Below, one piece after another: positions 16,637-26,774 of a DNA stretch of 64,000 bases. The position numbers and the translations under genes are program-made. Positions within the stretch are counted from its first letter, which is position 1. Each line of letters opens with the position of its first letter. The notes beneath the pieces were generated by a model. It did no database searches and had not been told where the DNA came from. It saw only the letters and a list, made by a program, of their open reading frames with translations. The stretch lies in sequence record NC_070952.1; one strand, written 5' to 3'.

Positions 16637-17104
16637 ATGACCGTCAAAAAGAACTATGTAAACCCAACTATCGCTGAATCCTCTTTCAGGGAATTGTTGA
16701 AAGATCAGCCATTTGGAATCAAGAAAAACCCGATTGTCCGTACATTAAGGGATATCGCGCATCACAGTTTCAACGGTGAAAACATTTTCGAGCATAAGTA
16801 CATTGACGGGAACAAGAAAACAAAACTTGTTCACCAGGTTACGATTAACCGTGAAAATGGACACGCTTATAGTCAGCATGAATTCCACGATGAATATAAC
16901 CTTAAGCTCCCAGGGATCGTTATCCCGTTGAACTGTAAAAGCAACCCTACCATACAGAAAGGAAGATTGGTGCTGGTAGGACCGATTACAGGACCAATGA
17001 ATGTCGAAATACAGTTCTACTTTAAAGGTTCAAAAGAATGGGGAAGTATTCCAGTAGGTCCTTCTAATGTTTTGACTATATTAACCAATATTCTTCAAGG
17101 ATAA
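16637..17104 (+). CDS. Hypothetical accessory protein
   Basis: ATG 16637 after a GGAG SD; 155 aa. Confidence 0.65.
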   Translation: MTVKKNYVNPTIAESSFRELLKDQPFGIKKNPIVRTLRDIAHHSFNGENIFEHKYIDGNKKTKLVHQVTINRENGHAYSQHEFHDEYNLKLPGIVIPLNCKSNPTIQKGRLVLVGPITGPMNVEIQFYFKGSKEWGSIPVGPSNVLTILTNILQG

Positions 17105-17109
17105 GTACC

Positions 17110-17838
17110 ATGAGTTTTTCTGATGTAGAGCACTTTGCCGAAATTATCTCTGGGTGTGAAGCAATCAACAGCGGTAATAACACTGCACCAGAAGCGCGCT
17201 ATGCGTTTGCGGTACTTAAACTCCATGCTCAAGACCTGGGTGTAGTTGCAGGTCAGGAAGGTTTCCTGGATAATGTTAAAGCCGGCGCTAAGAGTGTAAA
17301 AGAATGGGTGATTAGGATCATCAAAATTATTACAGATGCGCTCTATTTATTATTAGGTGGTCGCACCAAAGTCAAAGCCAAGATTGCTAAGTTCAAAAAG
17401 TCGGCTGTGTTTGACGTCTTTAAGAGTAAAGCAAAACAGTCCGCTGAGAAGATAGTTGTTCCTGGTCTTAAACAGGTGTTGGCAATTACTGATTCTATAA
17501 TTGAATCAGAGTATCAAGAGTTCCACCGTAAAGAGATTGAAGAAACCTCTACGGTAAGATCGATGTTTGTTGACAATAATGAGATCGAAAATAAAGTCGA
17601 AGCCCAAGTTAAAGAAGGGGAAAGTAACCCTTCCGAAAACACGCTGGATCTTGATGCTATCGCCTCATTAGTTAACAGATCTGTTAATAAATGTAAAGCG
17701 ATTTTAACGGATGCAATCAAAGACGAAGAAGTAAACCGGAAGTTGATTAAAAATATCAGCTCTGTCGCATCTAAGTATAATCGTATCCTAGAAATATTAA
17801 CAAAGATCGATAATCAATTATCAGAAGCTTTCGAATAA
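17110..17838 (+). CDS. Putative processed head protein
   Basis: SGCEA and AGQEGF protease-type motifs followed by amphipathic helix VKEWVIRIIKIITDALYLLLGG. Confidence 0.65.
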   Translation: MSFSDVEHFAEIISGCEAINSGNNTAPEARYAFAVLKLHAQDLGVVAGQEGFLDNVKAGAKSVKEWVIRIIKIITDALYLLLGGRTKVKAKIAKFKKSAVFDVFKSKAKQSAEKIVVPGLKQVLAITDSIIESEYQEFHRKEIEETSTVRSMFVDNNEIENKVEAQVKEGESNPSENTLDLDAIASLVNRSVNKCKAILTDAIKDEEVNRKLIKNISSVASKYNRILEILTKIDNQLSEAFE

Positions 17839-17876
17839 CATAATCTCCTACTTACCCTTGGGTAAGTAGGAGTATG
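17839..17876. terminator. YTAC-family hairpin with CATA/TATG flanks, convergent junction
   Basis: CATA-at-CTCCTACTTACCC-tt-GGGTAAGTAGGAG-TATG. Confidence 0.75.
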
Positions 17877-17878
17877 CT

Positions 17879-19642
17879 TTATGCGGCTTTCTTTAATTCT
17901 TCTTTTGCTTCTTTAAGGAAAGGAATAACTGACTCTTCGTAGAATGAATTAATGTCAGTTAACTGCGGCATACCGTAAATGGTGTTGCACAGAGTTACTG
18001 CATTTGCAATTGGACTTGATGCGTAGTTCACCCCTAAACGACGGAACTCAATACGATCTAATCCTTCTACTTCACAGACTTCAAGTTTGGTGGTCTTATT
18101 CGACACATTCAATGAAACAGTAATGTGGGGATAAGCACCGGTTACATCGATGTCATCCGTGTCCCCACGGCCACGTGAACGCCATGAAGGAAGTCCGGCA
18201 TATATTGGCTTGCCTTTATCTTCATTAAGCTCAGCGTGCAGCAGAGCGATCCAGTCACGCAGATCTGGTTTGATCTCTTTCCAGATATCTTCTTTCTTAC
18301 GCCCAACAGTTCCCCAGACATATCCGTGTTCCAAGGCAATAAAGGAAAGCTTATCGGAGATCATGGAGGGCTGTGATTGGTAAGACTTCAGTTCTGATGA
18401 AGTTACCAGGGAAGGCAGCGACAGAGAGTAGTCATTTGTTTTACGGTTTAGATCTTCGATAACCCAGTTATCTCGGATGTTATACATGACATATTCATAA
18501 GGGAAATTCTTCACCATGAATTTGTGCCACTCAACAGAACCGGATTGTAAATGGTCAGCCTCTGGAATATAGAGCTTACCTTCGACTTCTTCTGCAATAG
18601 CAGTGTTCTGCAGCGAGTAAGATTCTTTCTTACCCATCGGCGCACGTTTAATTGCATAGAACGACATTCCATCAAACCACTGCCATCTAGCGGGTGCCGT
18701 AACAACAGGGAAACGTTCTTGGCTCTCTAAGGGTGATCGTGAACCATCCACTTTGGTTTTGTACTCACGCCCTTTGAAGTAAGAGTAATCCATATACGCA
18801 TCAGGGATGCTTGGATCACTATACGTACGTGCCAGATCATAACCTTCGTTTAATAACGCTTCTTGATTACGCTCCATATCAAAGTTGGCATTCCAACTGA
18901 CAATGAAGTCCATGTTGCAATGGTGCCAGTATTGGATATTTGCATAAACCACTTGACCAGGTGTCTCAACGATATTCCAGTCGATCTTCTCAACATTATG
19001 AAGACGCATGTACTCGCCAAGATGTTTCGCTGCACATTCATTTAACTTGCGTAAAATGATTGCATCATCTTTTTGATCTTCAGCTGGGAAGTAAGAACGG
19101 ATTCCCGCCCAGAATGCATGACTGCCGTGAGTAGTGGATGCCATGTTAACTGGACCCACGCCACCGTCTTCTAAGATGTAGGTCTCCACGTCATAGGCTG
19201 CAACGCCATAAGCTTCTTGTGGTTGATAATCAGGATACTTCCGGTAATACTTTTCTTTATAGACAACCGGGACCGTTTCCTGGCAACCAAACACATATGG
19301 GTTGTTTTTTATATCGGCCATCTGAGCATTACGATCTGGACGACCAAAAAGGATTTTACTAATGTTTAATGCAAGACGGGATTCATTGGAAGAAAACTTA
19401 TCACATTTATTGGTTTCAATGTAATCGCGTTTATCTTTGAACCCTTGATGTTTCTTTTTAACGATATAGAAGTCACGTTTAAAGTTTTCAATTTTAGCCA
19501 GTTTATGTGTACGGCTACCATCTTCATGGACATTGGTGATCTTCGCAACCAAGAGATCATTATCCCGGTTGACTTTATTATGGGCAAGATATGCATGTTT
19601 GCATACCCTTCCAACAATAGGACTTTCATTTTTCTCAGTCAT
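17879..19642 (-). CDS. Split family B DNA polymerase, exonuclease plus motif A half (phiKZ gp82-like)
   Basis: ExoI AYDVET, ExoII SWNANFD, ExoIII YNIRD, motif A DIDVTGAYP; no motif B or C in this ORF. Confidence 0.85.
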   Translation of the reverse strand: MTEKNESPIVGRVCKHAYLAHNKVNRDNDLLVAKITNVHEDGSRTHKLAKIENFKRDFYIVKKKHQGFKDKRDYIETNKCDKFSSNESRLALNISKILFGRPDRNAQMADIKNNPYVFGCQETVPVVYKEKYYRKYPDYQPQEAYGVAAYDVETYILEDGGVGPVNMASTTHGSHAFWAGIRSYFPAEDQKDDAIILRKLNECAAKHLGEYMRLHNVEKIDWNIVETPGQVVYANIQYWHHCNMDFIVSWNANFDMERNQEALLNEGYDLARTYSDPSIPDAYMDYSYFKGREYKTKVDGSRSPLESQERFPVVTAPARWQWFDGMSFYAIKRAPMGKKESYSLQNTAIAEEVEGKLYIPEADHLQSGSVEWHKFMVKNFPYEYVMYNIRDNWVIEDLNRKTNDYSLSLPSLVTSSELKSYQSQPSMISDKLSFIALEHGYVWGTVGRKKEDIWKEIKPDLRDWIALLHAELNEDKGKPIYAGLPSWRSRGRGDTDDIDVTGAYPHITVSLNVSNKTTKLEVCEVEGLDRIEFRRLGVNYASSPIANAVTLCNTIYGMPQLTDINSFYEESVIPFLKEAKEELKKAA

Positions 19643-19653
19643 GCCGCACCCGA

Positions 19654-19663
19654 ATGTTATGAT
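19654..19663 (+). promoter_or_regulatory. Putative late promoter ATGTTATGAT
   Basis: Contains the phiKZ-type late core TATG; same 10-mer at 33920 and 37937, each ahead of a virion gene run. Confidence 0.55.
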
Positions 19664-19726
19664 GTCACAAGTTAAATTTTCTACATAATCTAACTTACCC
19701 TTTTTATTTACTCCGGAGTACTACCT

Positions 19727-21055
19727 ATGCTCGGTATTGAATTCCTGAACAGACCTAAAGAACTTCGGTTCGACGGACAAGAGTTCATGGATTACCAAAA
19801 AGGAGATCTGTTCAAAGATCTCGTAAAACTACTTGATAAAGCTCTTGTTCAGGAAGACAATCACTGGAAATTTAATAGAGAAAGTGAAGGCCCCGAAGAA
19901 CTTGAAACAGTCATCATGCACCATACCGGGATCCTAATGGAACTTAACCCTAATCCTACTGCTAATGCTGCAGTAGACGCTGGGTTTATCAATCCTGGTA
20001 ATCTGCTCAACATCAAAGGCGTTGAACAATTCTTTTCCGCTAAAGATTCCAGTATCGGTCAGACATTTAAACGACTGAAAACTGATGTCTTAAAAGGCTG
20101 GGTGGATACCTCAACTGGTAAAGTCGGCGGCGCATTCAGCAAAGTTCTGTTTAACTTGTATATGAGCAACTACATTGATGCGTTTATTCGCCACAAAGTG
20201 ATTGATCGATATAAAGTCACGATGGCTGAAGCATTAGCCGGAGTCATTATCCATGAATGTGGACATGTATTCACCGGTTTCCTTTATGTCTATCGTACCG
20301 TGATCGATCCGATCGTTTCTACCTCTGCAATCAAAATGATCGTTGAAGGTAAACTGTACGGTAAAGAACGTGTCCAGGTTGTTAAAGAAGCATTCAAAGC
20401 AATGGAAGTAGGTCAGAAAGTTGACGAAGAAGCGATTGCTGATTTCACCGGCGACGAATTCATCGTTTACTTTAACAAGGCTGTTGGTACCCGTGATACC
20501 CGCCGTACTTTGTCATTAGGAACGCAAGATCGTTCCTCTGAGATTTATGCTGACCTCTACGCAGTTCGTATGGGTTGCCCTAAATCTTTGATTGCTGCTT
20601 TGACTGCGTTACCCAACATGAGTGGAATCCTTGCAAGGATGTGGTTGTACAACATGTTTGGTATGGTAAGCATGATTTTATTGTGCAACCCAATACTGGC
20701 TGTTTTCTCTGGAATCGTTTCAACGTTCCTGATGCTCACTTTCTTTGCTTCATTCCTTTCGCCTAACAGTACTTACGACAGCCATTACCGTCGTTTGAAA
20801 ACAATTCTTCGTGATTACGTCGTTCAGCTGAACGGAACCAAAGATGTTGACCCTAAAGCTAAACTTCAGATGTTGAAAGATGCGAAAGAAATGGAAAAGA
20901 TTGTGGATGACGCGAAACCATTCCTGGAAGGGACGTGGGTTCAACGCACCATCAGCTATATCTTTAACGGCTCTGATTTCCGCGCACAAGAATTTGAACA
21001 CTACACCGACGAATTGGTTGGTCATACCCTATCACTTTATAAAGATGCAATTTAA
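19727..21055 (+). CDS. Putative virion protein with an M48-like zinc metalloprotease domain and a hydrophobic segment
   Basis: IIHECGH (20252-20266), SEIYADLYA, hydrophobic stretch MFGMVSMILLCNPILAVFSGIVSTFLMLTFFASFL, STYDSHYRRL; first gene of the head cluster. Confidence 0.7.
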   Translation: MLGIEFLNRPKELRFDGQEFMDYQKGDLFKDLVKLLDKALVQEDNHWKFNRESEGPEELETVIMHHTGILMELNPNPTANAAVDAGFINPGNLLNIKGVEQFFSAKDSSIGQTFKRLKTDVLKGWVDTSTGKVGGAFSKVLFNLYMSNYIDAFIRHKVIDRYKVTMAEALAGVIIHECGHVFTGFLYVYRTVIDPIVSTSAIKMIVEGKLYGKERVQVVKEAFKAMEVGQKVDEEAIADFTGDEFIVYFNKAVGTRDTRRTLSLGTQDRSSEIYADLYAVRMGCPKSLIAALTALPNMSGILARMWLYNMFGMVSMILLCNPILAVFSGIVSTFLMLTFFASFLSPNSTYDSHYRRLKTILRDYVVQLNGTKDVDPKAKLQMLKDAKEMEKIVDDAKPFLEGTWVQRTISYIFNGSDFRAQEFEHYTDELVGHTLSLYKDAI

Positions 21056-21064
21056 GGAATTGTC

Positions 21065-21499
21065 ATGAGTCATTTAGCTCACATTGTAAAACTTAAGCAA
21101 GACCTGATCGGTCTGGGTGTAGTCAATCCCGATGTCCAAGCCGACATTGTGCAGACTGCTTATTCTAAAGCACTGTTGAACGTCACCGGTTCAATTACCA
21201 TTGACGATGAAACCCGTTTCAAATTTGTTCGCTGGATTCTGTCCTACTGGAATAACGTTACCCCTAATAAAGGTAACTTGATTGTTTCACAGGTTGGGAA
21301 CTTCTTCCGTGAACTGAAACAGGTCTTTGGTAAGACCATTACCTCTGATGTGGTTATTCTGCCAATCGTTCCAGGTGTTGAAGCAGCCGGTGATGTGAAG
21401 TACACCGACCTGGATAGCTACGCCAGCCTGGTACAGATCTTGATTGATGAAGCGAACCATAAGCTTCCTCAGTTCAAAGAAACCAACCAGATCTCTTAA
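21065..21499 (+). CDS. Hypothetical (probable virion) protein
   Basis: AAGGA SD; lies in the head operon. Confidence 0.7.
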   Translation: MSHLAHIVKLKQDLIGLGVVNPDVQADIVQTAYSKALLNVTGSITIDDETRFKFVRWILSYWNNVTPNKGNLIVSQVGNFFRELKQVFGKTITSDVVILPIVPGVEAAGDVKYTDLDSYASLVQILIDEANHKLPQFKETNQIS

Positions 21500-21511
21500 T
21501 AAGGAGTCATC

Positions 21512-23086
21512 ATGTCTGATACTGTTGACAAGACTGATGACGATTCCATTGAGTTAAGCACCGTGCTGCAGCTCAGTCCCCAGACCCCTACTGATAAAGT
21601 GTCAGTAGTTAAAGGTGATGGGGATAAGGAATACATCTCTCTTGATGAAACTTACGAAGTGACTGGCCAGGAGTCTATGGCTGTCCTGGCGGCTAACTGC
21701 CGTGAGTATTTGAATAACAAACGTCTGCACCCCTCCGGTTTCGGTGTGTTGATGATTGGTGGTATGGAAGGGATGCTCCCGATCTATGACCGTATGAATG
21801 CGGTACGTGGCGGTGAGTCATTCCTGAGTACCCTCAAGCAAGGGTTCCTTGCCATTATCAAAGCAGCGAAGAAATTCCTGATTGCGGTAATCGATTGGAT
21901 CATTCTGCGTATCCGTACTTTGCTGGGTTTTGAAAAGACCGAGAAAGAGTTGGCGATTGTTGCAGAGCACAGCGAAGATGTGAAGAAAGAACTGGTTGCA
22001 TTGCTCAGTTCATTAATCGGCGCTGAAAAGATTGATTTGAATGTGGCTGAAATGTTTGAAGCACTTCCAGGTGAAGTTACTCAACGTGATGCATTCAGCA
22101 TGATCTACAACCGTAACAAATCCACCATGGAACAGATCGATACCCTGGCTAGATTGCAGACGCAATTGGTCGATATCGAAACTACCATTAAGAATGCTGG
22201 TCATGACGCCCGTCAGTCGCGTGGTCGTTATCAGCAGGCTGTGGGTAGACTTCGTAAAGCATGGGAAGACAAAGAAAGTTTCAGCACTGCTGACGTAATC
22301 GAATTCCGTTCCATGCTGGATGAAGAAGTTGCGGTGAAACTCAATCCAGAACCAATCCGTAAGCAACTGGCCAAACTGGTTGATGAAGCTTATGACATTG
22401 ACCTGGGTTCTGTAGGTGCTGACAAAGCGTTCAAACAGAATCTTTCTTCTTATAAAGACGTGTTGGAGAAATCCATCCCGGTTCGTGTGACTCCTGACGA
22501 ATACGAACGAGTGAAGAAAGTCTCTGAGCAGATGGGTAAGGTATTGCTGAAAGCCACTGTTCCGTTTGACGCTTCTACCCTGGGTTGCTTGAAAGACGTC
22601 ATTGAAGTTAAAGATGCTGAACTCATTGAAGCTATCGATGCTACCTTTGACAAAATTGGTGTGTTGAAGATGACGTACACCTCGTACTCTTCTACCATCA
22701 ACGAGTATACCTGGGCACTGAATCAGCTGATCACCATCAGCGGTAACGTCCGTCGTAGCATTGCAGGCATCGTCAACTGGTCGACTAAAGTTGATAAGTT
22801 GATGTTCACCTACATCAGTAAAGACCTGAAGACAATCATTAACACCGAACAAGAGTTACTGAATGAAGTGGGTAACAAAATTGTGGCGGTGAATGATAAG
22901 GACGGTAACCGGGTTGATACGACGTCCAATATCAACTACGATCAACTGTACTTGGCGAAGCACCCGTACATTGGCTCAGCGCTTATGACCTGGCGTGCTA
23001 AGACAGGTGACTTGCGTAAGAACTTCAAAATCATCGAACGTGTTAATGCCGGTCTGAAAGAACTGGGCGTTCAAAGCAGGATTTAA
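21512..23086 (+). CDS. Putative processed head protein
   Basis: Acidic N-terminus with TGQES, GGMEG, GGESF, then amphipathic helix AAKKFLIAVIDWIILRIRTLLG; AAGGAG SD. Confidence 0.75.
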   Translation: MSDTVDKTDDDSIELSTVLQLSPQTPTDKVSVVKGDGDKEYISLDETYEVTGQESMAVLAANCREYLNNKRLHPSGFGVLMIGGMEGMLPIYDRMNAVRGGESFLSTLKQGFLAIIKAAKKFLIAVIDWIILRIRTLLGFEKTEKELAIVAEHSEDVKKELVALLSSLIGAEKIDLNVAEMFEALPGEVTQRDAFSMIYNRNKSTMEQIDTLARLQTQLVDIETTIKNAGHDARQSRGRYQQAVGRLRKAWEDKESFSTADVIEFRSMLDEEVAVKLNPEPIRKQLAKLVDEAYDIDLGSVGADKAFKQNLSSYKDVLEKSIPVRVTPDEYERVKKVSEQMGKVLLKATVPFDASTLGCLKDVIEVKDAELIEAIDATFDKIGVLKMTYTSYSSTINEYTWALNQLITISGNVRRSIAGIVNWSTKVDKLMFTYISKDLKTIINTEQELLNEVGNKIVAVNDKDGNRVDTTSNINYDQLYLAKHPYIGSALMTWRAKTGDLRKNFKIIERVNAGLKELGVQSRI

Positions 23087-23091
23087 TCGAC

Positions 23092-23745
23092 ATGCAAAAA
23101 GAAGAAATCTTTGCGGTATTAGATCGCCTTTACATTGATCAAACCAAATACAATAAGTTCCTTGAATATTTGGTTACCTTCACCAAAGAGCCCCGTTGTA
23201 AGAAAGGGTGCTTGGCGTTCATTGAAGAAGTGTTCAATCTTCCTCAGATCGAAGGCCGTGATCAATTAGCGATCCGATTGGTTGCCAGTAAAACAATGAG
23301 TAACGCTCACGAGACGCGTTTCTTCATTGAGAACCATCCAATCACTATTGGGTATGGTCAAGCGTTGCAACAAGGTCGTCTCTCTGCCCTGCGGTTAGTG
23401 GCGGATTATGTTCTGGACATCTCTCGTCGCATTAACGAAACCACCCTGCTTGATAAGTCAGAACGTCAAGTGTTTCTCCGTCGTGCCGTTGCGCGGTTAT
23501 TGACTGTCTTCCACAATAAAATGTTGGTTGCCATCAAAACTGAACAATGGTCAGAAGTCGAACCGTATGACTGGTTTGATTACCTGAATACCGATCTGGA
23601 AACGCTGGTAGGAAAAATTGATAGTGATGATATTATCATTCAATGGTCAAGTCATCTTTACGATATCAATAATCTACACAATGATGAGAACCTGGCATCG
23701 TTGAAATCCTACGTTGAATATCTCGATACGTTCACCGAGTTCTAA
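23092..23745 (+). CDS. Hypothetical protein
   Basis: 217 aa, AGGA SD, last gene before a hairpin. Confidence 0.7.
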   Translation: MQKEEIFAVLDRLYIDQTKYNKFLEYLVTFTKEPRCKKGCLAFIEEVFNLPQIEGRDQLAIRLVASKTMSNAHETRFFIENHPITIGYGQALQQGRLSALRLVADYVLDISRRINETTLLDKSERQVFLRRAVARLLTVFHNKMLVAIKTEQWSEVEPYDWFDYLNTDLETLVGKIDSDDIIIQWSSHLYDINNLHNDENLASLKSYVEYLDTFTEF

Positions 23746-23750
23746 ACGAA

Positions 23751-23793
23751 CATAATTCCTCTACCCCTCCGAAAGGAAGGGTAGAGGGTTATG
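23751..23793. terminator. YTAC-family hairpin with CATA/TATG flanks, convergent junction
   Basis: CATAatt-CCTCTACCCCTCC-gaaa-GGAAGGGTAGAGG-gtTATG. Confidence 0.75.
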
Positions 23794-23798
23794 CATGC

Positions 23799-26774
23799 TT
23801 ATGACATGGATTCTGGTAAATGACGTTTGAACTGAATTTCGATAGCTTCTTTAATGGTCAAGAATTTATCTGCAGTCTGCTCAATGTTTTTCGCCACACT
23901 GAACCCATTGGTACTGTCGACGTTAGTGATTGCATCAATCTCGAAATCACCGGCGGTAACAACAAGATGGACATCAATGACTTCTGATCCACCGTTGGCC
24001 TTAAGAACACTCACGATGTTACTGTGAGACACTGTGTCCTCAAGCAAGGCGGTATTGATCAGGGTATGGGTCGAGGTATTCAGGTTGTCTTTCAGGTTCT
24101 GATTACGCATGCCGTTTTGAGTGAGCATGTAGACCACACTGAATGTCAGATCGTTCTTCAGTGTACGCTCAATCATTTCATTCACAATGGTTTTGGTGAA
24201 GCCCATTGTTGAACGCGGTTTGAACACGAGCTTCGTTTCATCAAGGGTAATGGTGTTGAACTGATCCAACTGTGCCACCACTTGATCCACAAAGAACGCT
24301 TCAGTGCTTAACATGTAATCAGTGTCGTACTGATCTTGGGACAATTGATACGCGAAGTCGAACCCGATGAAATCCCAGTAGTACTTCATCTTGCGTGGTG
24401 CTAACACCACCGGTTGATTCTGATCATCGTAAACCGTTTGGCCTTTCAAGAATCGCCACACTGGAGTACCGTCAGCCGCAAAGACCTGAGTGCCCGCTTT
24501 ATGTTCGATTACCGGTAGTCCATCAACAAGTACCAGTTTACGAATACTACTACCATCAGGATTAGTAACAGTTTCATATTGATAGGTGTCTGCCGGATAA
24601 ACCTCAGGAACATTGTTCAGGTACTTCTCGTATTGAGCATCCCCAACCATTGGACGAATACGGGTAAAGAGTGAACCTAAGTTACGCCCAAACTCCACAA
24701 CGTAATCTGTTTCAATAATGGAGATATTGGTGGTTGTGAATAATGTCTGGTCAATCTTCATATCAGAAGACGAAGTCAACTGAAGACCAGAACCGCCAAG
24801 CGTAAAGATAAATGTTGCCGTGGTGATCAAATCAACAAAGCTGACATTTACAGGTTGACCAAACTGATTGAAACCAGATACCCCAATCAGATCCGCATCG
24901 GTGATATCAAAGTTACTTGGTATCGTGAACACGAACCGACGTTCTTTCTCTTCCGTTGTTCCAGCAAGCTTTGCCCTCATGGTAATTGGGGAAGACACAC
25001 CTGACGGCGTAAAGGAAAGCTGCAGACCCACAGAGTCGTCAGAAAGATCTTGGTACGCTGAAGTAGAACTGGTTTGAATCGTAATGACATAACCAGCATC
25101 CGTGTACTCGATGTCAATATTCCCCACACTGACCTGCAGTCCCAGCTTCGCATTCTCAAAGCGGAAGGTCTGATAACGGATGCTTGGATGGTTGGTACGG
25201 TAAATACGGGTAACGGCTCGGTTCTTGGTCGTATCGAAGACATACGTAAACGGCGTGTAGACCATGGTCTTTTTCGCCATCGTATCAATCTTGTTCTGAT
25301 TGGTCGAGTTGATCAGAATTTGATAGTTGTTCTTCGTTACGAGATACGGAGTCTGTTCAGTGATGTCAAACACAGAACCTTGTGGTAAGGTTACGCGCAG
25401 GCCATTATCCAGTCCCCAGCCCGAAGCAATCAGCTCTTCTAAGCTCGTTAAGACAGAACCCACATTCACGCCCAGTGCTGAGTTGAAACTCGCCACACTG
25501 CTGTCAGTGTACAGTTTCGAATCCTGGATCGGTAAATCTTTGGTTACCCGATAAAGACGATCAGTAATCAAATCGATAGACTTCACAGAGGAATACCCGT
25601 TGGTTAACAGGAACTGAGAAATGTCGTTGTTACTGATTGGGATCAATCGTTGACGGTGACCGTAGATTAATGTGTCTTTAAGTTCCTGGAACTCGATGGC
25701 TGAACGACCCCCGGTAATGGCCGTTAACACGTCAACCAGTAAGGTGTTAATTTTCGCCAGCGGTTTTTCAAACTGATCCAATGCCCCGTTGTCATTCGCG
25801 TAATCATAAAACTCATACGTGAAGTATTGATTATTCAATGTTGACAAGTCACGGTACATTTCACCTTTCGTGGTATAAACCAGAATGGTGATACGTGCTG
25901 AAGTAATGATCCCGTTCTGGGTGTACACCGGCGGGACCGACACTTCAAACGTGGTGTCCGTTTTCAGATCAACCACCAAGGTTGCCTGGGAAGGATCATA
26001 GTTTTCATTATTATAGATAACAGCCATCTCAGAACGACGGGTACTGCCATCAGGGGTAATGAATGCCCGCACTGCATAGATATCATCTTCATAAGTGATG
26101 ACGTCGCTGAAGCCGGCGTTAGCATTGATCGGTTTATTGGAGTGTGCGGTGATTTGCAACTGACGAACAGGAAGGTGAATCGCAAGATAACGAAGACGAT
26201 CGATATCCATGTACGTCACATCCGGGGTGTTGGTTGCCAGCGGGTTCAACTTGGACTGCCGAGTACTGTCATACACCACTTCATACCCACCGTGGTCCAT
26301 CACACGGATTTCGACCGGGTTCTCTAACAGGAAAGGGGTGCCTGCGATATTGAACTGGGTGTCCGGTGGAATGACCAGCTTACGGTAAGTGTTCTCTAAT
26401 GTCCCGCTGGTCTCAGTGTAACGAATAGCTACCTGGTCCAAGGTTTCTTCTGAGATAATGAAACGGATAGTCGTGTTACTCGGACTGCCGTAAACACCGT
26501 ACCAGTCGTCATCGCTCATCGTCTTAGACAAGTCACCGATATTGCGTGCATGGCAACGGAACTGACCCGCTTCTGCATCACCCAGTCGTGAGATAAACCC
26601 ATAACTGGTACCAGTCACCAAATCAACCATAAACGCAAAAGGATGGTCACCGGAGTTCAGGGTTCCTTGTTCTGCATTGAAGGTGGATTCGATATTGTTA
26701 AAGATAGTGGCGATTACACGGCTGGGGTTGTTCGATATTTTATTTAGTTCATCAAAGGTCATGCTACTACTCAT
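23799..26774 (-). CDS. Large virion structural protein, probable baseplate wedge (phiKZ gp87-like)
   Basis: 991 aa, beta-rich; position in the conserved structural block; wedge role inferred from size and synteny. Confidence 0.65.
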   Translation of the reverse strand: MSSSMTFDELNKISNNPSRVIATIFNNIESTFNAEQGTLNSGDHPFAFMVDLVTGTSYGFISRLGDAEAGQFRCHARNIGDLSKTMSDDDWYGVYGSPSNTTIRFIISEETLDQVAIRYTETSGTLENTYRKLVIPPDTQFNIAGTPFLLENPVEIRVMDHGGYEVVYDSTRQSKLNPLATNTPDVTYMDIDRLRYLAIHLPVRQLQITAHSNKPINANAGFSDVITYEDDIYAVRAFITPDGSTRRSEMAVIYNNENYDPSQATLVVDLKTDTTFEVSVPPVYTQNGIITSARITILVYTTKGEMYRDLSTLNNQYFTYEFYDYANDNGALDQFEKPLAKINTLLVDVLTAITGGRSAIEFQELKDTLIYGHRQRLIPISNNDISQFLLTNGYSSVKSIDLITDRLYRVTKDLPIQDSKLYTDSSVASFNSALGVNVGSVLTSLEELIASGWGLDNGLRVTLPQGSVFDITEQTPYLVTKNNYQILINSTNQNKIDTMAKKTMVYTPFTYVFDTTKNRAVTRIYRTNHPSIRYQTFRFENAKLGLQVSVGNIDIEYTDAGYVITIQTSSTSAYQDLSDDSVGLQLSFTPSGVSSPITMRAKLAGTTEEKERRFVFTIPSNFDITDADLIGVSGFNQFGQPVNVSFVDLITTATFIFTLGGSGLQLTSSSDMKIDQTLFTTTNISIIETDYVVEFGRNLGSLFTRIRPMVGDAQYEKYLNNVPEVYPADTYQYETVTNPDGSSIRKLVLVDGLPVIEHKAGTQVFAADGTPVWRFLKGQTVYDDQNQPVVLAPRKMKYYWDFIGFDFAYQLSQDQYDTDYMLSTEAFFVDQVVAQLDQFNTITLDETKLVFKPRSTMGFTKTIVNEMIERTLKNDLTFSVVYMLTQNGMRNQNLKDNLNTSTHTLINTALLEDTVSHSNIVSVLKANGGSEVIDVHLVVTAGDFEIDAITNVDSTNGFSVAKNIEQTADKFLTIKEAIEIQFKRHLPESMS

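Noticed and set aside
17879-19642. Truncated DNA polymerase as a pseudogene or a novelty
   Set aside because: A split family B polymerase and split RNAP subunits are established features of phiKZ-like phages; the partner half is expected elsewhere
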